Shown: one piece after another, positions 41,223-48,770 of the stretch | How the letters are laid out: the number at the start of each line of letters is the position of its first letter | Position numbering within the stretch: the first letter of the stretch is position 1 | From: Dehalococcoidia bacterium | GTDB taxonomy: Bacteria > Chloroflexota > Dehalococcoidia > Bin125 | NCBI GenBank assembly: GCA_963662615.2 | Contig: CAXXSR010000001.1 | Span: 480,001 to 544,000, forward strand | Direction: 5' to 3' | Length of the DNA: 64,000 nt | The notes under the pieces: generated by a model | The model's database searches: none | The model's input: only the letters and a program-made list of their open reading frames with translations | Told to the model about the DNA's origin: nothing | Program-made: the position numbers and the translations under genes

Positions 41223-43370
41223 CTAATCTCTCCTCATTGCCGCGGTGCGCGCGGCCGTCGCCAGCACGACCGCGGCGGCGGCGGCGACGCCGACAGCCGC
41301 CAACGGCGAGAGCCGGTCGGCATCGTCGTCGTGCGCAAGACCGCCGCTCCCTGTGGAAGGAAGGGCTGCGGGCGCCTCGGCACCCGCTGGTTCGCCCGTT
41401 GGCGCCTCCGGCACCGCGGGCGCCTCCGGCGCCGTGGGCGTGACCGTGGTGTCTGCAAGCACGAGGTGGAACACGTAGGCGCTGCCGGACGCGTCGTGAT
41501 CGCCGAACGCGCCCACGGAAACCGTGTCGCCGCTGATGGCGACGCTCGCGCCAAACTGGTCACCGCGGGCGGCGTCGGCGGCGGTTAGTTTGGCCACCTG
41601 GCCCCAGGCCCCCGCGCCCCCTTGATCGCGCGCGAAGAGGTAGGCGCTGCCGGAAGAGGTGCCGGCGTCGTCATCGCCCGCGGCGCCCACGATCACCGTG
41701 TCGCCGCTGATGGCGACGCTCTCGCCAAACGCAGCGAACGCGGCGGCGGCGGCGGCGGTCAGTTTGGCCACCTGGCCCCAGGCCCCGGCGCCCCCTTGAT
41801 CGCGCGCGAAGAGGTAGGCGCTGCCGGACTCGGCGCCCGCGTGGTCATCGAACAGTGCGCCCACGATCACCGTGCCGCCACTGATGGCGACGCTCACGCC
41901 GAACCCGTCACCCGAGGCACCATCGGCGGCGGTCAGTTTGGCCACCTGGCCCCAGGCCTCGGCGCCCCCCTGATCGCGCGCGAAGAGGTAGGCGCTGCCG
42001 GATCGCTCGCCCGCGTCGTCATCGCCGCTCGCACCCACGATCACCGTGTCGCCGCTGATGGCGACGCTCGAGCCAAATCCGTCACCTGCAGCGGCGTCGG
42101 CGGCGGTCAGTTTCGCCACCTGGCCCCAGGCCCCGGCGCCTCCCTGATCGCGCGCGAAGAGGTAGGCGCTGCCGGAATCGTCGCCCGCGTCGTCATCGTG
42201 GATCGCGCCCACGATCACTGTGTCGCCGCTGATGGCGACGCTCCTGCCGAAGCGATCGTCGGCGGCGGCATCGGCGGCGGTCAGTTTGGCCACCTGGCCC
42301 CAGGCCTCGGCGCCACCCAGATCGCGCTCGAAGAGGTAGGCGCTGCCGGACCGGTCGCCCGCGTCGTTATCACCGCGCGCACCCACGATCACCGTATCGC
42401 CGCTGATGGCGACGCCCACGCCAAAGCGGTCAACCGCGGCGTCGGCGGCGGCGGTCAGTTTCGCTACCTGGCCCCAGGCCCCGGCGCCACCCGAATCGCG
42501 CGCGAAGAGGTAGGCGCTGCCAGACAGATTGCCCGTGTCGTCATCGTCGGGCGCACCCACGATCGCCGTGTCGCCACTGATGGCGACACTCCAGCCAAAC
42601 CGATCCTTCGCGACGGCGTCGGCGGCGGTCAGTTTGGCCTGCTCGGTGGGAGCCGTGGGAGTGGTCGGCGGCGACGCCGTCGTATCGACCTCGGTGGGAC
42701 CCGTGGGCGTGGTCGGCGGCGACGCCCCGGCGTCAACAACCTGCAAGAATCCGTCGCCCGCGGCCATGCGCTCGCCCGGGCCTGTCACCGCCTGGGGTAC
42801 ATGGTCTTCCGCTCCCCAAATCGCGAGGTCGGCCGCGCCGAAGTCGTCGACGCGTTCACAGAGCTGAATCGTGACGCCGTGGACCCCGAGGACACGCTGG
42901 AGCTCGGCGGCGAGGGCCAGGGCCACACGCGATCGATCGACGTCGTCGATGGCCGCGTCCGCCGTTGCCGGCGCGGCCCAGATCCGACACGGACGGGCTT
43001 CTTCCACAGACGACGTCCCGGCCGTGTCGAAGCCCCCGGCCACGAGCCAAGATTCGGCCAGGTCGGCGGTGATTCCGAACTGGGCAATGTTCGAACGGAT
43101 TGCGGGGATCGCGTAGTGCAGACGCGTCCGGGGATTCAAGCCGGCCTCGACCACCACCGCGTCCGCGTCCATGACAATGGCCAAGGCGAGCACGAGGCGC
43201 CCAGGTGAGAGTGTCTCGGAGGATGTCGACGCCCAGAGGGCTGCGAAGGCCCAGCGGAGGTCATCCGCGTCCGGCTCGGCCGGCTCCTGCGCCTGCGCGG
43301 GAGCCTGGGCAAGGGCGACGAGGAGCAGGCCAATGGCGGCGCCCATGACTACGCGAAGCGGGTATCGCAT
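41223..43370 (-). CDS. Surface protein with FG-GAP repeat propeller and LPxTG sorting signal
   Basis: Signal peptide; seven KLTAADA..FG.SVAISGDTVIVGA..GSAYLF repeats; C-terminal LPSTG, hydrophobic helix and RRD tail. Confidence 0.9.
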   Translation of the reverse strand: MRYPLRVVMGAAIGLLLVALAQAPAQAQEPAEPDADDLRWAFAALWASTSSETLSPGRLVLALAIVMDADAVVVEAGLNPRTRLHYAIPAIRSNIAQFGITADLAESWLVAGGFDTAGTSSVEEARPCRIWAAPATADAAIDDVDRSRVALALAAELQRVLGVHGVTIQLCERVDDFGAADLAIWGAEDHVPQAVTGPGERMAAGDGFLQVVDAGASPPTTPTGPTEVDTTASPPTTPTAPTEQAKLTAADAVAKDRFGWSVAISGDTAIVGAPDDDDTGNLSGSAYLFARDSGGAGAWGQVAKLTAAADAAVDRFGVGVAISGDTVIVGARGDNDAGDRSGSAYLFERDLGGAEAWGQVAKLTAADAAADDRFGRSVAISGDTVIVGAIHDDDAGDDSGSAYLFARDQGGAGAWGQVAKLTAADAAAGDGFGSSVAISGDTVIVGASGDDDAGERSGSAYLFARDQGGAEAWGQVAKLTAADGASGDGFGVSVAISGGTVIVGALFDDHAGAESGSAYLFARDQGGAGAWGQVAKLTAAAAAAFAAFGESVAISGDTVIVGAAGDDDAGTSSGSAYLFARDQGGAGAWGQVAKLTAADAARGDQFGASVAISGDTVSVGAFGDHDASGSAYVFHLVLADTTVTPTAPEAPAVPEAPTGEPAGAEAPAALPSTGSGGLAHDDDADRLSPLAAVGVAAAAAVVLATAARTAAMRRD
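41470..42640 (-). repeat. Intragenic tandem repeats of about 180 bp (FG-GAP units)
   Basis: Near-identical units containing GAAGAGGTAGGCGCTGCC and CTGATGGCGAC recur at a 180-bp period. Confidence 0.9.
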
Positions 43371-43430
43371 CGGGATGCTCCCTTGCCGGCCTGACGCTGG
43401 GGGGACGGCCAAGGATCAGCCTCCCTGTTC

Positions 43431-44417
43431 CTACCCATCCCCGAGTGTACGGCGGTATCCATTACCTTCGCTGCTGAGCACGTAGGCGGTGGTGGTGCAG
43501 CCCGCGTCGTCACAGAGAAGTTCGTCGAAGGAGATGTCGCGCCGCGCGTCGCCGTTCACGTCCTCGACGCTGCGCACGATGATATTCAGGCTTGAAGCGG
43601 TCTCGCCGCGCAGCTGCTTGACCGCGTTGTGATCGTAGGCGATGCGGAAGACCCCCGGGCTGTCCGGCAGCGGGTCGTAGATGACGAGGTTGCTGCCGAC
43701 GTCCGGGGCGCCGCCCGTGGCCGGGTCCGTGAACACGAGCACGATGCTGGAGCGGCCGTCGCCCGGCTGGATCGCGTCGCGGTTGGTGTCCGCGAGATTC
43801 CAGCGGGAGCCGTCCGCCACCCGCGGCAGGGCCCAGGCGCTGGAGAGCGGCAGCAGCGCGTCGATGGTGGTCCGTCCCTGGATCCAAGGCACAAGCGTGC
43901 TCCCGAAATCGGCGAACGCGTCCGGCCGGTCCGGCACCTCCGCCACCGTCACGCCCGGATCGGGCTGATCGAAGAGGCTGGGGGTGGTGACGATCTCGTC
44001 GCCCGTCAAGGCCGCGGAATCCACTGCCGGCGCTGTTGTGTCGGCTTCAACGGCGGGTTCAACTTCGTCCTCGCTGGCTGCAGGCTCGTCAACGGTCGGC
44101 GCCTCGGCCGGGGCGGTCGCCGCTGCAGGCTCCGCCGGGGGCGCAGCCTGCTCGGCCGGCGCCTCAGTTACTTGGGCTGGCTCCGTTGGGCGCGGCGGCG
44201 CCTCCGCGCGGGGGGCGGCGTCGTCGGCGTCGTCGGCGGGAGCGTCTCGGGCGGCAGCGTCGTCAGGGGTCTCGATCGGCGCGGCTGTGTCTGCCGCCGG
44301 CGACTGCGCTGCGTCAGCGCTGGCCTCGCTCGCGTCGTCGTTCCCGCCGCCGCACGCGGCCGCGACGAACGCTGCCAGGCAGGCGCCCGTCGCCAGGATC
44401 GTGATCCGCTTTGTCAT
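43431..44417 (-). CDS. Hypothetical lipoprotein
   Basis: Lipobox AAAC, acidic Pro/Ala linker, DVNGD motif and C-terminal Cys pair. Confidence 0.8.
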   Translation of the reverse strand: MTKRITILATGACLAAFVAAACGGGNDDASEASADAAQSPAADTAAPIETPDDAAARDAPADDADDAAPRAEAPPRPTEPAQVTEAPAEQAAPPAEPAAATAPAEAPTVDEPAASEDEVEPAVEADTTAPAVDSAALTGDEIVTTPSLFDQPDPGVTVAEVPDRPDAFADFGSTLVPWIQGRTTIDALLPLSSAWALPRVADGSRWNLADTNRDAIQPGDGRSSIVLVFTDPATGGAPDVGSNLVIYDPLPDSPGVFRIAYDHNAVKQLRGETASSLNIIVRSVEDVNGDARRDISFDELLCDDAGCTTTAYVLSSEGNGYRRTLGDG

Positions 44418-44697
44418 CGCAATCCTCCCCTTGACCTAACCGGCGCCGATCACGTCGCCGATTTCCAAGCTAGACGGCGGCAAGCGGCATTCGGTTCCAC
44501 GGTGAAGAGCGGCCTCGCGAAGCGTCACGCACTCGACCTGAAGAGATGGCTGCGCTGCCCGCTCTGGAATGGGGGCTGGACGGGAACAATTCCGGCGTGG
44601 GATCGTTCCCGCTAGTAACGGCGCGCGCGGGTAAGGGAGAGGCCCTTCGACCGTGCGGCGTGCTGGGCACGCCTCGCGCCTCGGAAAGGACGGCATC

Positions 44698-45366
44698 ATG
44701 CGACGCTTGCTCGCGTTCCTGTTGGTGGTGGCGGCCGGCGCGGTCGCTGCCGCGGCGGTCCTGTATCTGGTCGTGTTCGACTCCGGCAGCGACGAACTCG
44801 CCGTGGGCGTCAACTTCCATCCCTTCACCTCGTCGCCGGGCAATGAGAGCTGCATCCCCGCCGTCGACGGTGGCAGCGGCCCTCCCAACAGCTGCGATCC
44901 GATCAACCTCGTCTTCGACGGCGTCGCCCTCGATGTCGCCGTCGGGGCGTTCATCGACGCCGGCTGGACGACGATCGGATTCGGCTCCACGCAGTTGCTC
45001 TTCTTTGACGACGAACAGCGACTGCGGCCTCAGAACGTGCAACTGTTCTTGCAAAACAGCCTCGACGAGCGCTTCCACATGCGGCTCTGGGGCGCCGCCG
45101 ATCCAGGCGGGAACGTTGTCATCATCGGCGCGGTCCATCACGAGCGGGGCTTCATCAATCACGCGATCGATCGCGACTGGGAAGCGGCGGAGCGTCGCGT
45201 GCGCGACGATCTCTGCGAGGACGGCCCTTTCCGCTGCCGCGGCAACTCGACGCTCAAGGAACAGTTGGAGATTCAGGGCGACGACACCGAGTGGCGCGGC
45301 TGGACCAACGACGGCAAGCCCGCGCTGATCAGCAGACCGGGCAAGCCGGATGCCGTTACGGAATGA
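44698..45366 (+). CDS. Secreted hypothetical protein (LssY C-terminal-like)
   Basis: Signal anchor; DPINLVF, RFHMRLW, GAVHHE and HAIDRDWEAAE motifs. Confidence 0.7.
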   Translation: MRRLLAFLLVVAAGAVAAAAVLYLVVFDSGSDELAVGVNFHPFTSSPGNESCIPAVDGGSGPPNSCDPINLVFDGVALDVAVGAFIDAGWTTIGFGSTQLLFFDDEQRLRPQNVQLFLQNSLDERFHMRLWGAADPGGNVVIIGAVHHERGFINHAIDRDWEAAERRVRDDLCEDGPFRCRGNSTLKEQLEIQGDDTEWRGWTNDGKPALISRPGKPDAVTE

Positions 45367-45475
45367 CCATCCGACTTTGAGCGCACGCCTGGGATACGAG
45401 AGGCCTCGGTGGGAGCCGGGGAGGACGAGGCCGGCCCTGCTCGCCGTTCCCGGGGGCGAGGGCTAGGCTGACGAC

Positions 45476-45997
45476 ATGGGCAGCTTCCGCGTCGAGATCG
45501 AGATCGGCGATTCGCAGGGAGAGCGCTGGGAGACGGTGGAGGCCCTGGTAGACACCGGGTCGAGCTACACTTGGGCGCCGGCGGAGATGCTGGGACGGTT
45601 GCGCCTGCGGCCACAGTTCCGGCGGGAGTTCGAGACCGCCGACGGGCGGGTGATAGAGCGGGAGATGGCGGTAGCGATGGCCCGTTGGGACGGCCAGGCG
45701 CTGCCTACGCTAGTCGTCTTCGGCGATGAGGGGTCGTCAGCGCTGCTCGGGGTGGTGACGCTGGAGGAGTTCGGCCTGGGCGTTGACCCGGTGAACCGAC
45801 GGCTGATCCGCGGGCGCAGTCTGGCGGCGGAGGAGCTGGCGACGGTGTCGCGGGTGATGCGGGATGAAGACCGGGAGTTGTTCCTGCGGAGCCTGCTGGC
45901 GGCGACGAGCCCAGAATACCTTCGCCGCGTCGAGGAGGCACGGGGGGACTATCGGCAGGAGCGCGCCGGCGGGGCCGCCGAGGTGCTCCAGGCCTAG
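45476..45997 (+). CDS. Clan AA (retropepsin-like) aspartic protease with extra helical C-terminal segment
   Basis: EALVDTGSSYT, FETADGR and LLGVVTLEEFGLGVDPVNRRL motifs. Confidence 0.85.
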   Translation: MGSFRVEIEIGDSQGERWETVEALVDTGSSYTWAPAEMLGRLRLRPQFRREFETADGRVIEREMAVAMARWDGQALPTLVVFGDEGSSALLGVVTLEEFGLGVDPVNRRLIRGRSLAAEELATVSRVMRDEDRELFLRSLLAATSPEYLRRVEEARGDYRQERAGGAAEVLQA

Positions 45998-46025
45998 CGG
46001 CCGTGGCTGATGGCCGAAGTGGGGT

Positions 46026-46214
46026 ATGCCTAAAGTCGCTGACGCGATCCATCTCGTCGAGCGCGACGGCTGGGTGCTGGTCCGGACCAGCGGGAGCCAC
46101 CGGCAGTACAAGCACCCGGAGAAGCGAGGCACGGTTACGATCGCCGGCCCGGAAAGCAGTGACCTGGCTGCGGGTACTTGGAACAGCGTCTTGAACCAGG
46201 CCGGGCTGAAGTGA
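46026..46214 (+). CDS. hicA: HicA family toxin
   Basis: DGWVLVRTSGSHRQYKHPEKRGTVTIAG and GTWNSVLNQAGL. Confidence 0.95.
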   Translation: MPKVADAIHLVERDGWVLVRTSGSHRQYKHPEKRGTVTIAGPESSDLAAGTWNSVLNQAGLK

Positions 46215-46225
46215 AGGGCGCCCTG

Positions 46226-46432
46226 ATGAAATACGTTGTGGTGTATGAGCAGACGCCGAAGAACTGGTCGGCGTATGTGCCGGACCTGCCGGGCTGCGTT
46301 GCGGCCGCGGACACGCGCGAGGAGGTGGAGCAGCTGATTCGGGAAGCGATCGCGCTGCACATCGCGGCCATGCGCGAGAGCGATGAGCCGGTGCCGGAGC
46401 CCGGGGCCTGGACGAGCCTGGTGGAGGTGTAG
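46226..46432 (+). CDS. hicB: HicB family antitoxin, short form
   Basis: YVVVYE..WSAYVPDLPGCVAAADTREE..IREAI. Confidence 0.93.
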   Translation: MKYVVVYEQTPKNWSAYVPDLPGCVAAADTREEVEQLIREAIALHIAAMRESDEPVPEPGAWTSLVEV

Positions 46433-46851
46433 CGAGCCGGCGGCTCTGCAGGTGGGGCGCCGCAGCCAGATCTCTCGATTCGCCGAACGGAAACCGCGCC
46501 GCACGCGGGATAAATCAAAAAAAGTGGGGCGGGGCCCGGCGGCGCGGTCCATCACGAGCGGGGCTTCATCGATCACGCGATCGATCGCGACTGGGAAGCG
46601 GCGGAGCGTCGCGAGCGCGACGATCTCTGCGAGAACGGCCCCTTCCGCTGCCGCGGCAACTCGACGCTCAAGGAGCAGCTGGAGATTCGGGGCGACGACA
46701 GCGAGTGGCGCGGCTGGACCAACGACGGCGAGCCCGCGCTGATCAGCAGCCCGGGCAAGCCGGACGCCGTTCTCATGAGAGGCGGACCGCTGGCGTTGAG
46801 CCGCTAGAATTGCGAGGCGCGCGATGGTAGACGTGCGCAGGGAGCGGCTCA

Positions 46852-47244
46852 ATGGTCGAGGGGCTGGCGGATCGGCTGGGGACGCTGTCGCGTGAGCGGA
46901 CGCAGGTGCTGCCCGCGCTGCACCTGCTCCACGACCTCGCCCACCACCTCCCCTCCGACGGCTTAGAGGAGGTGGCGGCCTGGCTCCATATCCCCAAGTC
47001 GGAGCTGTACGCCATCGCCACGTCCTACACCGAGTTCCGCCTTGCGCCACCGGCGCCGGAAACTCTGCGCGTCTGTCGGGGCCTGAGCTGCGTCATCGCC
47101 GGCAGCGGCGCCTTGGCCGACGCCCTTCGCGCCGCGGGACGCGAAGTGGAGGAGTGCGAGTGCCTCTTCGCCTGCGCCGTCGCGCCGGTGGCGACGGATC
47201 AGGGCCGCCTCGTGGGCCGGGCCCGCACCGAGGCGCTCACCTGA
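46852..47244 (+). CDS. NuoE-like [2Fe-2S] subunit of NAD-dependent formate dehydrogenase
   Basis: ATSYTEF, RVCRGLSC and ECLFACAVAP motifs. Confidence 0.88.
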   Translation: MVEGLADRLGTLSRERTQVLPALHLLHDLAHHLPSDGLEEVAAWLHIPKSELYAIATSYTEFRLAPPAPETLRVCRGLSCVIAGSGALADALRAAGREVEECECLFACAVAPVATDQGRLVGRARTEALT

Positions 47245-48770
47245 TGCCCCGCATCAACGTCCGCGCCGGCTCCATGGGTCGCGCTGTGGGCGCCCTCGAT
47301 CTGATCGACACGCTCCGCGCCGCCCTGCCCGACGTCGAGATCGTGGAGACGGGCAGTGACGGCGCCGGCTGGGCCGCGCCCGTGATCGCCGCCGCCGCCC
47401 GTCCTTCGACAGGCTCAGGACGAGCAGCGGCCGCCCCGGCGACGCCGGACGAGGCGGTGCGCGTCGCCCGCTCCCTCCTCGACGGCGACGGCGCCGACGA
47501 CGCCGTACTGCGCAGCTATCTGAGCGCGCAGACGCGCCGGCTGTTGGCGCGGGCCGGCGACATCGATCCCACATCGCTGGAGGAGGCGCGGGAGGCTGGG
47601 GCCTACCTGGGCTGGGAGCGCGCGCGCGGCGCTGCAGCGGAAGAGGTCGTGGCGACGGTGGAGGCGTCGGGGCTGCGCGGGCGCGGCGGCGCCTACTTTC
47701 CCCTGCACCTCAAGTGGCGCAGCGCCCGCGAGGCCGCGCAACGGAACGGCCGGCCCTTGCTCGTGATCAATGCGGAAGAAGGAGAGCCGGGCGTGTTCAA
47801 GGACCGCGTGCTGATGGAGTCAGATCCGCACGCGCTGATCGAGGGCATCCGCATCGCGGCGCATGCCATCGGCGCGGAGCGCGCCTATTGTTACATCAAC
47901 GGACAGGCCGAGCTTTCGGCGGAGCGCGTGCGCGGGGCGATCGACGCCGCGGAGACGGCCGGGATCGTGGGGCCGGACGCCGGGCTGGTGATCGAGATTC
48001 GCCTCGGCGCCGGCGGCTACGTCTGCGGTGAGGAGACCGTCATCCTGGAGAGCATCGAAGGGCAACGCGCCGTGCCGCGACTGCGTCCGCCCTTCCCCAC
48101 GGAGAGCGGCCTCTGGGGCCGGCCCACGGTGATCAACAACGTCGAGACGTTGTGCAACCTCCCGGCCATCTTCCGCGACGGTCCGGAACGGTTCCGCGAG
48201 GTCGGCACGGAGGAGGCGCCCGGCACCAAGCTGATCTGCCTGACCGGCAGCCTGCCGCACCCCGGCCTGATCGAGGTGCCGATGGGCACCTCCATCGCCG
48301 AGATCCTCCGCATCGGCGGCGCCGAGGATGCGGCGGAGCCGGTTGAGGGCGTCGTCGCCGGGGGGCCGTCCGGCGGCTTGCTGCCACCCAGCAAGTTCGA
48401 CCGCCCCATTGGCCCCGGATTCATTGACGAGGCCGGCGCGGTGCTGGGATCGGGCGGCATGGTGGCGTTCGGCGCCGCCTTCCCCGTCGCCGACGTGCTC
48501 GCCCTGGAGGCCGACTACAACGCGCAGGAATCCTGTGGCAAATGCACGCCCTGCCGCGAAGGCAGCGGCCGCCTCGCCGACGCCCTCCGCCGCCTGCGCG
48601 ACGGCAACGCCGCCGGCAAGCGCGCGGCGCTCCGCGACATTGAAGAGCTAGTACCCGTGCTGCGCCTGGCCTCGCTGTGCGGCCTGGGCCAGATGGCGCC
48701 TCACCCCGCGACCAGCGCCCTGCAGGACTTTGCGGAGGAGATCGGTGCGACGGCGAGGAGGGGACCATGA
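47244..48770 (+). CDS. NuoF-like FMN/NADH-binding subunit of formate dehydrogenase
   Basis: SGLRGRGGAYFP, NAEEGEPG, YVCGEET, INNVET, ESCGKCTPCREG and SLCGLG motifs. Confidence 0.95.
   Translation: MPRINVRAGSMGRAVGALDLIDTLRAALPDVEIVETGSDGAGWAAPVIAAAARPSTGSGRAAAAPATPDEAVRVARSLLDGDGADDAVLRSYLSAQTRRLLARAGDIDPTSLEEAREAGAYLGWERARGAAAEEVVATVEASGLRGRGGAYFPLHLKWRSAREAAQRNGRPLLVINAEEGEPGVFKDRVLMESDPHALIEGIRIAAHAIGAERAYCYINGQAELSAERVRGAIDAAETAGIVGPDAGLVIEIRLGAGGYVCGEETVILESIEGQRAVPRLRPPFPTESGLWGRPTVINNVETLCNLPAIFRDGPERFREVGTEEAPGTKLICLTGSLPHPGLIEVPMGTSIAEILRIGGAEDAAEPVEGVVAGGPSGGLLPPSKFDRPIGPGFIDEAGAVLGSGGMVAFGAAFPVADVLALEADYNAQESCGKCTPCREGSGRLADALRRLRDGNAAGKRAALRDIEELVPVLRLASLCGLGQMAPHPATSALQDFAEEIGATARRGP

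Larger units (their letters stand above)
45127..46771 (+). repeat. 231-bp direct repeats (45127-45357 and 46541-46771) flanking a protease/HicAB cassette
   Basis: Ungapped alignment with 11 mismatches, counted by eye. Confidence 0.92.

Noticed and set aside
41470-42640. CRISPR-like array
   Set aside because: The repeats are in-frame coding FG-GAP units of about 180 bp without unique spacers, and no cas genes are present.
45127-46771. Diversity-generating retroelement (template/variable repeat pair)
   Set aside because: The 11 mismatches are not confined to adenines of one copy (they include T/C and C/G changes), and no reverse transcriptase is present in the window.
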